Positions 28,073 through 37,135 of a stretch of 64,000 nt of DNA are shown here, piece after piece; within the stretch, counting starts at the first letter, position 1; each line of letters starts with the position of its first letter. The stretch lies in the IMG/VR virus record IMGVR_UViG_3300010413_000018, positions 32,001 to 96,000 of that record. One strand, 5' to 3'. The notes beneath the pieces are model-generated. The model did not search any database. It saw nothing but the letters and a program-made list of their open reading frames with translations, and was not told the origin of the DNA. This DNA comes from a virus. The position numbers and the translations under genes are program-made.

Positions 28073-28972
28073 CTAGTTATTGTCGTCCGGTTCGCACATT
28101 AGTATGGCACCGGTAATTTCTGTGTCTAAGTCGTCAATGTGCCGTTGAAGTTCAGGCAATTGACGTGAAAATAGTGATTCGTAGTGTGCTACTTTTGATC
28201 GCACTTCTTGCGCGCGCCGTTGTCGTGTTTGCAGTGCCCGCAATCCTAGCGCATTGTCGCCTTCGCGGTTAATTTCTTCTTCAATGGCCGCGACTGCAAC
28301 TTCTGCTTCTGCTTTGATCGCGGCTAATACGGCGTCAACGGCGTCTTCTTCTTCAACGGCCGGTATACGGAATATTTTAATTCCAGCGCACGCTTCGTGA
28401 ATAGCTTCGCAGTAACGATGCCAGGTATCAACTTGATCGCGCGGTATAAAGTAAATTCCACCGGATTCGCGTAGACTGACTGCTTTGCATGTGCCAGCGA
28501 GGCGTCCCCAAAGCCAGCGACCTCCAAATACGCGGGAAGCCATGGTATTACGATATTTTTCAAACTGTTCACGTATTTGTTCTGCTTGTGGATGATCTTT
28601 CGGCGCTACTTGAACCACCGGTTGAATCGTTTTATTGCCTTGCTGGTCGGTTATTTCTTGGCGGCGAATGCGTGCTTTTAGCATGTTGCTGGTGTTATAC
28701 GTTAATTCTTCGTCAGTGGCTTCTTCATGCACGAGCGCGAAACCGCTTTTACCGGCGAGCTTGCGTAACAACACGCGATAGCCGCTTTTCATTTCTTCTA
28801 AAACGCGTTGAAGGGCGAATTCTTCCGTTGGTGGAGACGGTAATAGGTCTTCAGGTAACCCGTGGTTTAGCCAGGTTTCGTGAAGTTTTTGTAAGTCGAC
28901 GTCACCGCTTAGCCGACAATAAGTTATTTCTCCGGCAGTTTCTAAACCGCTGATGGCAATTATATCTGTCAT
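28073..28972 (-). CDS. DUF6744/DUF3150-like phage protein
   Basis: SLRESGGIYFIP motif, C-terminal coiled coil ending YESL; family often found beside MoxR/VWA genes. Confidence 0.6.
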   Translation of the reverse strand: MTDIIAISGLETAGEITYCRLSGDVDLQKLHETWLNHGLPEDLLPSPPTEEFALQRVLEEMKSGYRVLLRKLAGKSGFALVHEEATDEELTYNTSNMLKARIRRQEITDQQGNKTIQPVVQVAPKDHPQAEQIREQFEKYRNTMASRVFGGRWLWGRLAGTCKAVSLRESGGIYFIPRDQVDTWHRYCEAIHEACAGIKIFRIPAVEEEDAVDAVLAAIKAEAEVAVAAIEEEINREGDNALGLRALQTRQRRAQEVRSKVAHYESLFSRQLPELQRHIDDLDTEITGAILMCEPDDNN

Positions 28973-29117
28973 GTTTGCAATCCTTCTGTTTTTTTGCGTC
29001 TTACCCTATATTATGCAACTTTACTTATTTTTTGCAATCCTTTTTACTGCTCTTGGCGCTTTTTGGTAAGATTGCGTATAATTTGCCAATTTGATTAATT
29101 AATAGTAAAAGGCACTT
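28973..29117. promoter_or_regulatory. Divergent promoter region
   Basis: Minus strand TTGCAA-N16-CATAAT (29037-29010); plus strand TATAAT near 29077; strand switch. Confidence 0.55.
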
Positions 29118-29324
29118 ATGAGCCAAAATAATAAATTCACGCACGAAGAAATGCGTAAAGCCGCTGAATTACAAGATCGTCTGATGGATATGGCTATGCG
29201 CGGTACTGATGATCCGGCTGGAGCAATATTGGCGTTGTCGCAGGCAGCGTCTACCCTTTGCCTGCGTCATAAAATATCGCACACAGATATACTACAGCGC
29301 GTACAAAATACTACCCGAAATTAA
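29118..29324 (+). CDS. Hypothetical small helical protein
   Basis: 68 aa; AAAGG RBS. Confidence 0.6.
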   Translation: MSQNNKFTHEEMRKAAELQDRLMDMAMRGTDDPAGAILALSQAASTLCLRHKISHTDILQRVQNTTRN

Positions 29325-29328
29325 ATTA

Positions 29329-29760
29329 ATGGCTAAACGCGAGAAAGACCCAAAAAACGTCCGTAAAGGCCGGCTAAGCCGTCGGAAGGGCAAAGTGTGG
29401 GAACGGGAAGTTGCGCGCTCTCTGCGCCCGATTTTCGGCGATAGCGTTCATCGTGGTCATCAAGACGCCAGAGGCGGATCCGGCGCCGGGGAAGGGTCTG
29501 ATATTGAGGGTACACCTTTTTACATGGAATGTCGGCATGAAGCTACGTACGATTGGCGTCGACACTTTCGCGAAACTCAAGCAAAACGCGCAGAACGCGG
29601 CGACGATCGACCGATGGTTTTGGTAGCGAAGGACGGTAAGAAACCTCCAGGTTGGAAACCTGGCACTCCCGGAACTCCTCCGATCGCCATTATGCTGTGG
29701 GAAGATCTTTTAAAACTTTTGGAGATTGTGCATGATCGAAAAGATAGTAATAGCGGTTGA
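29329..29760 (+). CDS. Holliday junction resolvase-like PD-(D/E)XK nuclease
   Basis: SRRKGKVWEREVA...SDI...YMECR (Arg where Lys is usual); probable start MAKRE. Confidence 0.7.
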   Translation: MAKREKDPKNVRKGRLSRRKGKVWEREVARSLRPIFGDSVHRGHQDARGGSGAGEGSDIEGTPFYMECRHEATYDWRRHFRETQAKRAERGDDRPMVLVAKDGKKPPGWKPGTPGTPPIAIMLWEDLLKLLEIVHDRKDSNSG

Positions 29761-30322
29761 TTTTGACGGAGTGTTAAATACGTATACGTCGGGGTGGGAA
29801 GGTTCTTCAGCTATCATTTCTGACAGCCCTAATGAAGGTGCTATAGAGTGGCTGCAAGCTGTCTTGTCTCACGGTGGCTTTGAAGTGTTCATCCATTCGT
29901 GTCGTTGTCGACAAGAAGAAGGGATCGCGGCGATGTATGCATGGCTACTTCGATATGGGTTGTCGCGTAAACTTGCGGATGAAATTGTGTTTACCAAGCT
30001 AAAGCCTAACGCTGAAATCTTTCTCGATGATCATGCTATGCAGTTTGTCGGGCGTTGGCCTACGTTTGAAGAGATCACGTCGTTTAAACCTTGGTATAAG
30101 CGCGGCGTTAAAGACATTCCACTCCAAAAAGCGGTGTATGAAGACGCAGCCAGTGAAGAAGAAGCGGAGCTTATTCAAAAGAGTGAGCATAAGTGCTTCT
30201 TATGCATGCACGGAGCAGTTTGTGAAGTGGCTAACGCGGCACTGCGCACTGAAATGTACGTAACCGTTTCCCGATGTTTGAGCTTTACCGAGATTCCGGT
30301 TCAGTTGGTTGGAGAACTTTAG
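29732..30322 (+). CDS. HAD-superfamily phosphatase (nucleotidase-like) with Cys-rich C-terminal extension
   Basis: IAVDFDGVL, HSCR, KP..IFLDD; CFLC...C...C tail. Confidence 0.8.
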   Translation: MIEKIVIAVDFDGVLNTYTSGWEGSSAIISDSPNEGAIEWLQAVLSHGGFEVFIHSCRCRQEEGIAAMYAWLLRYGLSRKLADEIVFTKLKPNAEIFLDDHAMQFVGRWPTFEEITSFKPWYKRGVKDIPLQKAVYEDAASEEEAELIQKSEHKCFLCMHGAVCEVANAALRTEMYVTVSRCLSFTEIPVQLVGEL

Positions 30323-30602
30323 CGCGCTCGCGGTCAATAATACTTTTGGCCATAACCAATCGCGTTATTGCGTTGTGCAAGTGATCTTCCCCGTCTGGTT
30401 TTTTATATCCGTGGTATTGCCCCATACCGTACGCGATGTGCCCAATCGCTTTTAGTATGTGGTCATTGACGTCGTCTTTGGCCCATGTGTAGGGTGCGTG
30501 TTTGCTGATGCGATCGTCACTTAACAGGATGGCTACGAGTGCTCTTTTTGCTGTAGCGGTTAGTTCATCGAGTTCTTTTTCAAATTCTTCGTAGGCTGGC
30601 AT
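30285..30602 (-). CDS. dATP/dGTP diphosphohydrolase-like (DUF5664-like) protein
   Basis: KHAPYTW...AIGHI...DGEDHLHNAITRL resembles the KY..NW...A.RH...HL pattern. Confidence 0.45.
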   Translation of the reverse strand: MPAYEEFEKELDELTATAKRALVAILLSDDRISKHAPYTWAKDDVNDHILKAIGHIAYGMGQYHGYKKPDGEDHLHNAITRLVMAKSIIDRERAKVLQPTEPESR

Positions 30603-31105
30603 TATCCTTTAATCCGTTCCCGCCGTTCAAGCCACGACTCGCCTAAGTTACGCAATACTATTACATCGGTTTGAGCGTAAGCAGCACGTTCGTGTTCGGC
30701 GTCTCTGTACATGTGTTTAACGCCGTATCTTAACATAGCGGTTACGTAATGTAAAAGAATCCACAGCATGCCTGAGCACCAGATTAGAATCCAGAGCCAC
30801 ACGTTCCACGTTAGCAGTCCTGTTATACTTCCAACGACAAAAGCTTTGGTATTTTCGTCAACCATTTGTCGCACATGAACGTGCTCGTGAGCTTTGGGAT
30901 GGTGGTTAGGTGCATAAATTACTGCGCGGCCAAACGTGGTGGAATAACCCCAATGACGAAAAAACCATTGGCGCCAAGTAGCTGCTAAAACGTAGTTCTC
31001 TTCCCAGCGTAAGTTAGTGGAAAATTGAAAGATCCAAGCCAAGCATGCTAATAGCCACGAGGCCAATGTCATCGGTAGTGAGGTTATAAATAGAATCCAA
31101 CGCAT
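30602..31105 (-). CDS. Membrane protein with HExxH zinc-peptidase motif
   Basis: TM helices; AHEHVHVRQ ... HERAAY. Confidence 0.6.
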   Translation of the reverse strand: MRWILFITSLPMTLASWLLACLAWIFQFSTNLRWEENYVLAATWRQWFFRHWGYSTTFGRAVIYAPNHHPKAHEHVHVRQMVDENTKAFVVGSITGLLTWNVWLWILIWCSGMLWILLHYVTAMLRYGVKHMYRDAEHERAAYAQTDVIVLRNLGESWLERRERIKG

Positions 31106-31542
31106 TACTTACTCCCTCCAATTAGTGCTGCTGTTACTCCGCCTGCTACCACTCCAATAAGTAACCATAAGATCGGCTTACCGGCAAACCAGCCATCAAG
31201 CGCCTCTTCTGATTCTCGCTGTACGCGCACCGCTTCTTCTAACGTGGACTTTGCTACTTTGGTTTCTTTTTCACTGATTTCAAGCGCTTCTTTAGTCAAC
31301 GTTAAGCGTTCCATGCGGATTGTCAGCTGTTCGTTCAGAAGAGTTATTTGCTTTTTTACAACAATTAATTCTTCTGAATCTTGCTGGGCTTTTTTTGCAA
31401 TATCAAGCGGTAGCCATACTCCTTCTTTACCGTCATGTGTTAGGGCTACCGCTTGAGCACACACTGGTGCCGCAATATTGCTGAGCCAAATGACTAGTAA
31501 AAAACTAGCGATATAACTGATTAAACCTGGCTGCGATTTCAT
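31105..31542 (-). CDS. Spanin-like protein (signal peptide, coiled coil, C-terminal TM)
   Basis: Hydrophobic N-terminus, heptad core, ILWLLIGVVAGGVTAALIG; overlaps the upstream gene by 38 nt. Confidence 0.5.
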   Translation of the reverse strand: MKSQPGLISYIASFLLVIWLSNIAAPVCAQAVALTHDGKEGVWLPLDIAKKAQQDSEELIVVKKQITLLNEQLTIRMERLTLTKEALEISEKETKVAKSTLEEAVRVQRESEEALDGWFAGKPILWLLIGVVAGGVTAALIGGSK

Positions 31543-31840
31543 CGGCCGACCTCGTTTCGACTTCTTCCCGTACTTTAATCGCTTCTTTTTGCGTTTTAGT
31601 GATTTCTTTAGCGATCTGTTTGTCTTTTTCTTCGGCGTGCTTTTCTTTTTCTTGAATTACTTTTCGCTTGGTTTCAAGTTTCGCAATCTTACCGATGGCG
31701 TGCTCGACTTTTACCGCATCTTTTAGCTTACCGACTTTGCGTTCGTAAGCGCCCCACGCTAGCCAACCGACAACCATTGCGCTTAGTGCTCCCAGCAATA
31801 CTTGCCAGTGCTCAGTGATCCATTTCCACGCTTTTTTCAT
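31505..31840 (-). CDS. i-spanin-like protein (N-terminal TM + coiled coil)
   Basis: VLLGALSAMVVGWLAWGAY followed by a charged coiled coil. Confidence 0.5.
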   Translation of the reverse strand: MKKAWKWITEHWQVLLGALSAMVVGWLAWGAYERKVGKLKDAVKVEHAIGKIAKLETKRKVIQEKEKHAEEKDKQIAKEITKTQKEAIKVREEVETRSADEIAARFNQLYR

Positions 31841-31845
31841 GGCGG

Positions 31846-32229
31846 TTACTTCTTCGCTGGAGGTTCAGATTGATTAAACTCCAGCTCTATACCGCGCCGT
31901 TTGGCTATGCCTTTGATAATGGCAAATGCCCACGTTGAAATGATACCGGCTAACAGAAAATACAAGCACTTCGCGCTAGACGTATCGACGCCAGGCGAGG
32001 CCGGAATACCGGGGATGTAGCCGATGAACCATGCAATAGCTGGCTGGACAGGCATCGTTTTACGAAGCCACCATAGCATTTCGCCAAGCCACGGTTTCGA
32101 CTTTTTGTATTTCAGAATGTTGGCTTTGGTGTAAACCGACGCTTTAAGCGCTTGCATCAACACGGCAAAAAGTAGCATTACAGCTACGAACGGCCAGTGC
32201 GGCATTACTTGGGCTAATAGATCTTCCAT
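31846..32229 (-). CDS. Holin-like membrane protein
   Basis: Two to three TM segments, basic C-terminus; lies at the end of the tail operon. Confidence 0.5.
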   Translation of the reverse strand: MEDLLAQVMPHWPFVAVMLLFAVLMQALKASVYTKANILKYKKSKPWLGEMLWWLRKTMPVQPAIAWFIGYIPGIPASPGVDTSSAKCLYFLLAGIISTWAFAIIKGIAKRRGIELEFNQSEPPAKK

Positions 32230-32243
32230 TACATTCTCCTGGT

Positions 32244-32846
32244 TTATGGTGTTATTGCTATTCCTAATTTTTTCTCAACTTGCTGGACTAGTCTAGTGAA
32301 TAATCCGTTTTCTCCCCAATATTCTGCTTTTTGATGATTATGGTCTGTGTCGCCGTTGCGTTCTTGGCCTGCGATGTAATGCACTAATTCGTGAATATAG
32401 TAATGGAGGAATTCCGGTGCTCCTGATTCATTCCATACTTTGTAATTTACTGCAATTATAAATGAATCTAGTGCAGACTCATCATAAGTCAACATAGCAG
32501 TATCCGCGTATGAAAGTGACCCATCCGGACTTATGTTATTAAAAGCATCCCAACTGCTAGCTGACGCCGAAACCCACATTGTTATCGATTTCAATGCGGT
32601 ATGTTGCTCTTTTGTATAGTAATAAACTACAGAGTTCACTTTGAGAAGTGTTTGAGGCGCTACTGCTACACGGCTTACGTTGGCAGATTTTTCCATTAGA
32701 AAGTCAATAACGAAGCCTTCAGTATTATCCGTGTACCAATCGTATTCCGTGTGATCTTGAATATATTCGTCGGCTGGACTGTAATAGCATGCGCTAAACA
32801 ATATACTGATTATCCAAATTACTATTAGTAAGTTTAAGTTTTTCAT
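32244..32846 (-). CDS. Lipoprotein with HExxH metalloprotease motif
   Basis: MKNLNLLIVIWIISILFSA-C lipobox-like site; YIHELVHY...H. Confidence 0.6.
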   Translation of the reverse strand: MKNLNLLIVIWIISILFSACYYSPADEYIQDHTEYDWYTDNTEGFVIDFLMEKSANVSRVAVAPQTLLKVNSVVYYYTKEQHTALKSITMWVSASASSWDAFNNISPDGSLSYADTAMLTYDESALDSFIIAVNYKVWNESGAPEFLHYYIHELVHYIAGQERNGDTDHNHQKAEYWGENGLFTRLVQQVEKKLGIAITP

Positions 32847-32868
32847 ACTGGTTTCTTCCGTGCATTTA

Positions 32869-34209
32869 TTAAAAACCACACATTACAGGTGCAATTTTTG
32901 TGTGAGAAATACGTATTCTTACATGCGCAATTTGATCAAAGTTTGTGCCGCCATCGTTTCCGGCAGTAATTAGTAGTCCATAAAATTTGGCGCTTGTTGG
33001 TGTTACGGATCCTGAAACTGTAATTAATTGTTTATTTGTCGTCCCGTCATCGTACGCGTCATTTATTACTGAACTATTAGTGACATACGGTGAACTAAAA
33101 TTTGGAGTTGTTTCAACAAGTTGGACGTGTACTCGATCCGTTCCGGTTCTAGTTGCACCTGGCTCTATAATCACATCAACATAAAGTGTAACTGCGCTAT
33201 CTAGCACTGGCGTTTGAAATTGAACGTACAGCTCACCACTGTTTACGCGTGAATACCAAGATCCATAATTCGATGGGTTTCGCCAAGCCGGCACACCAGA
33301 AGCATCCATGTACGGTAAAAAGTTTCCTGCAAGTACATGATCATAATTATGCGACGCATCGTATTCAAGTTCGACAGTAGTGGTTAGTCCATCGTCAAAT
33401 TGAGCGCTAGCATCAAATTGCGCGCCATTTTCAAATGTCGGGACGCTTGTAAAAACTGGAATGCTCCCACTTTCAAATGCCACGTCATCATTGAATGCGA
33501 CGTTGTTGTTGAAAGTATCTGTTCCAGTAAAAACGTTATTACCGGCTAATGTGGCGTTGCCGGTTGCATAAGTGTTTAACTGATCTAGCATTGCTTGCAG
33601 TGCATCTTGCATGCTTTTTTCTTTAATTGACAGTGGCGATCCGGTTAGGTCAAACGGCACTTGAGATCGAGAGTCATCAATGTCACTGTTTTGCACTTGT
33701 GTCATGCTGTACGTAATTAACACGTCAGCGAGTAAAATCTGATCTCCGCGTAGAGCTGGTTTGGTTGCGGTGCCGGTTGGTGCTTCCGTACCTTGTACTA
33801 CATTTATTTTGTAGGATTCAGCGTTATCGAAGAATACGGTCGCCCCAAAGCCGTCCGTTCTTGGGTCAGAAAGATTACGGTCGAACTCGGCAAATATGGA
33901 AAGGTACTTTTCATTGCCAGAAGTTCCAACGGCGGTAGCGGACCCGTTTTCGTCTATTGTGATATCAATGACTTGGGTTGTATTCCATGCTATTCGTTGA
34001 GCTGATTGATCATAAACTAAAGCCGGACCTTCGACGTCTACCGTTAAATTTGGAGTAGGGCTGTGTTCAGTTACTGCGGCGCCGTACACAATGCCAATGT
34101 ACTGGAAGCCTTCTAAAAATGCCGCGATCGCATTTTCTACTGCGTCAAACGCTGCGTCAAGTTCAGATTCTTTAACTTTTTGTAGATAGTAAAAATTGTA
34201 ACGATCCAT
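32869..34209 (-). CDS. Baseplate-attached tail fibre/receptor-binding protein
   Basis: Follows the gpI-like gene; NVFTGTDTFNNNVAF beta repeats; distinct C-terminal domain. Confidence 0.6.
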   Translation of the reverse strand: MDRYNFYYLQKVKESELDAAFDAVENAIAAFLEGFQYIGIVYGAAVTEHSPTPNLTVDVEGPALVYDQSAQRIAWNTTQVIDITIDENGSATAVGTSGNEKYLSIFAEFDRNLSDPRTDGFGATVFFDNAESYKINVVQGTEAPTGTATKPALRGDQILLADVLITYSMTQVQNSDIDDSRSQVPFDLTGSPLSIKEKSMQDALQAMLDQLNTYATGNATLAGNNVFTGTDTFNNNVAFNDDVAFESGSIPVFTSVPTFENGAQFDASAQFDDGLTTTVELEYDASHNYDHVLAGNFLPYMDASGVPAWRNPSNYGSWYSRVNSGELYVQFQTPVLDSAVTLYVDVIIEPGATRTGTDRVHVQLVETTPNFSSPYVTNSSVINDAYDDGTTNKQLITVSGSVTPTSAKFYGLLITAGNDGGTNFDQIAHVRIRISHTKIAPVMCGF

Positions 34210-34230
34210 TGTTCCTTCTTTCGCCCTAAA

Positions 34231-35991
34231 TTATGGCTCATGTAGGATAAAAGTTCCAGCACTTCCTCCGGCCGTTGTTGTGCCTAGTACAGAAATACCC
34301 AGTTCGACATGGTCAGTGGGAGTTTCTGGTGTTGGGTCTGTAATCATCACTAAATGTGTGTGAGCTGGTTTCATCAGCTCCACTATAGCGGTTATTCTTT
34401 CACGCTCTTCAGTGGTTAAAATTGTAGTTGGGCTATGAATGCTGAAAGAGTAAATTCCAGCTTGGCTTGGTCCGAGAATAGACGGCGTAGCTGCATCTAC
34501 TAGCGGCGCTCCTAATTCAGTGCCAGCTCCTGTAGTGTCGTCTGTAGAAGTCAGTACCCATCCGGTGTAATCATTGAATACATTAATTTCAACATCTATT
34601 CCTAGAAAGAAACGAATTACATCAATGATTCCGGCTGCGGTTCCTTTCAGCTTATAAATTCCAACTAACACACGGAGTAATCGCCGTTTATCAATTTCAG
34701 ACAGATCAAAGTCATCAAATGGATTTCCTAAGTCCGCCAGCATTGCGTCTAAAAAGTCTTCAGGCGCCGTATCAAGGTCGAGGATTTCAGTCCATTGGTC
34801 GACTGAAACTAGCAGTAAGTTTACAATTTCTTGAAAAATACTGATGAATAGTTCCAGCTCTTTATTTGCGTCTTCACTTTTATTAATACCAGGAATAAAA
34901 TCCCAAAGACGAAATCGGCGTCCGTTTGGAAACGGCGGAGAATACGCGTAAAAGTTAGATATGTTGTTGGGAGCAACAAACGCGTTGCCTTCTAGGTCTT
35001 CTACATTAGCAACTATCAGCATGTAAAGCGCGCCAAACGTTAACTCAATATCCGTGGTGAGATCTACTATACGATCGGAGTATTGGCTGACCGCTGTGAC
35101 TTCTACGCTGACTGCCGGTTTTGATAAGCGCTCAATTGTGTAGTTGCTAATGTTAAGCGCGTCAGCTGCACCCGAAGCACTTTCCATTGTTACAGGTTCA
35201 TTGAACGTAACGCGTAGAGTGTTTCCGTCCCGCCCTTGAACACTCGCTATTTGTGGAGCTTCGGTGTCTTCTGCGGTGAATGAATAAGTTTCGCTAAACG
35301 TCGGCGATGATAGCGCAACTTGTACTGAAACAATTTCAGTAGTGGTGAATTCATTAGGTGGTTCAAATTCAAACGCAAGTACGTCTGCAGCTGGGTTTGA
35401 ATGCGTGCCTAAGAAGCCATTCACGAAGTCAGCGCCATCCCACGCTATTACGCCACCGATAGTTACAACTAAGTCAGCATAATCGGGTGCGGTTCCATCG
35501 GTGGAAGCAATCTCAAAATAAATCAGTGAATCGCTAGGTATCCCAATTTGATTTGGTTCTGGATTCCGGTTGATTAAAACAACTGTGTCGTCAGCGTCGG
35601 TGCCGTTTACCGTTACGGAAGATCCGGCTCCAAAACCAAACATCACAACTATAGCCAACGTTCCGTTGGAAATAATTAATTCTGACGTAGTGCCATACAG
35701 ATCGCTGGTTATGCTTATTCCAGTGCTTTCTGCTACGGCCACTGCTCCGGTTAGTTGAGTGTTGATCGACGCAACTACTTCTGCAATTGTGGCCGCGCTT
35801 AAATCAGCAAACTGTGCTTCAGCGAAGGCTATGGTTTGCGCTGACCCTCCATCCACCGCAATAGTAAAGTTGCCACCGGATCCAAGATCAAACGGTCCTA
35901 ATTCATCTCCAGTACAAACCGCTTGCGTTGCGTTGAGTACATCTTCAACGACGTTGTCAACTTGGACGCTAGGTAGATTAATTAACGGCAT
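34231..35991 (-). CDS. Baseplate wedge protein (P2 gpI-like) with extra Ig-like domains
   Basis: C-terminal LDLDTAPEDFLDAMLADLG...YKLKGTAAGI...MKPAHT; N-terminal domain shared with the sheath insert. Confidence 0.75.
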   Translation of the reverse strand: MPLINLPSVQVDNVVEDVLNATQAVCTGDELGPFDLGSGGNFTIAVDGGSAQTIAFAEAQFADLSAATIAEVVASINTQLTGAVAVAESTGISITSDLYGTTSELIISNGTLAIVVMFGFGAGSSVTVNGTDADDTVVLINRNPEPNQIGIPSDSLIYFEIASTDGTAPDYADLVVTIGGVIAWDGADFVNGFLGTHSNPAADVLAFEFEPPNEFTTTEIVSVQVALSSPTFSETYSFTAEDTEAPQIASVQGRDGNTLRVTFNEPVTMESASGAADALNISNYTIERLSKPAVSVEVTAVSQYSDRIVDLTTDIELTFGALYMLIVANVEDLEGNAFVAPNNISNFYAYSPPFPNGRRFRLWDFIPGINKSEDANKELELFISIFQEIVNLLLVSVDQWTEILDLDTAPEDFLDAMLADLGNPFDDFDLSEIDKRRLLRVLVGIYKLKGTAAGIIDVIRFFLGIDVEINVFNDYTGWVLTSTDDTTGAGTELGAPLVDAATPSILGPSQAGIYSFSIHSPTTILTTEERERITAIVELMKPAHTHLVMITDPTPETPTDHVELGISVLGTTTAGGSAGTFILHEP

Positions 35992-36389
35992 TATGCGGTC
36001 ACCAGTTCAAGTTTAATTTTTATCTCATTAGTGGATGGCGGTGTGTTGGCTAAAGCTAATGGTATGGCCATGTCGGTAAGCGTTCGCGTTATGTTGCTGA
36101 CTTCTATGGTTCTAATGGCGCGAGCAGTGCCATTTAGGCTTAAAGTTAGTTTCCAAGCATAGCCAGAAAGTAATGACGACGGCGGAACAATGCGTACGTT
36201 TACTCTAATGAATTTTGCTTCTGGGTCTAAAACTATATCTTGTTTAATTTGATGATAATCACCTAAACCCATACGCATTTCTTGGTTCAATGCGTGCCCA
36301 AGCTCATACGTGTACGATCCATCTGCAGCATAATCAGATGCTATGCGCCCTTGCGCCGTACCAATATCTAATGAAAATGGGCTACCCAC
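35991..36389 (-). CDS. Baseplate-region structural protein
   Basis: Beta-rich; position in the operon. Confidence 0.55.
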   Translation of the reverse strand: MGSPFSLDIGTAQGRIASDYAADGSYTYELGHALNQEMRMGLGDYHQIKQDIVLDPEAKFIRVNVRIVPPSSLLSGYAWKLTLSLNGTARAIRTIEVSNITRTLTDMAIPLALANTPPSTNEIKIKLELVTA

Positions 36390-36401
36390 GATAATTTCCT
36401 A

Positions 36402-37133
36402 TTAAAGTTGCCTGGCTACCTCGATGTGGTCCACGTACGCTCGTCGGTTTGCGCCGTTACTATAAAATCCAAATCCGGCATATCCCGATGTGTACGGAGA
36501 CAATCCAGTGTTAACGCCTAGCGCGTCATCAATAAAACCTGCAATCGTTGGGTATTGGGCTCCTTCCATTCCTGAAATTAATGACCATGATGGCGCAGTT
36601 ACTGCGTTTACGGTTAAGTCATTAATGTATGCTTGAAGAATGACGTCTCCAGTGCCTTCCACGATCATATCGAGGCGAAGGTGCAGCCAAGTGTCTTCTT
36701 CGTACGCACTGGACGAACGCAATAAAATGCGCGGACTTAGATCTGGGTCTGGAGCAGCATCAGCTAAGCCTTCGCTGAGCGGTCCTTTACGTAGAATAAT
36801 GTGATGCGGGTCATTATCACCTAATCCCAGCATATACGCTGCATCAGAAACAGTAGCGCCTTGTAATCCAAGAAAAATGAATGGTGCGAACTCAGTAGCT
36901 CCGCCACCAGGCGCTCGTTTTATAGCCGCGCGAATACTTCCGCCTTTTGCCATTGGAGCGAAGTTAGCTTGATTGTTATTTAGGGCCACTACGCCTTCGT
37001 CGGTTTCAATACTGTTAAAACCGTACACAAAGCTACTTCCACCGTTAGGTTTAACCACGCCAGCAGTCACACCGCGCTTGATGTAAGATTGTGATAGTGA
37101 GTTAGTGATTACTGTCCAATCTGAGCTTGCCAT
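36402..37133 (-). CDS. Baseplate-region beta-sandwich (ConA/LamG-like) protein
   Basis: TWLHLRLDM...GYAGFGF...YVDHIEV. Confidence 0.5.
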   Translation of the reverse strand: MASSDWTVITNSLSQSYIKRGVTAGVVKPNGGSSFVYGFNSIETDEGVVALNNNQANFAPMAKGGSIRAAIKRAPGGGATEFAPFIFLGLQGATVSDAAYMLGLGDNDPHHIILRKGPLSEGLADAAPDPDLSPRILLRSSSAYEEDTWLHLRLDMIVEGTGDVILQAYINDLTVNAVTAPSWSLISGMEGAQYPTIAGFIDDALGVNTGLSPYTSGYAGFGFYSNGANRRAYVDHIEVARQL

Positions 37134-37135
37134 TG

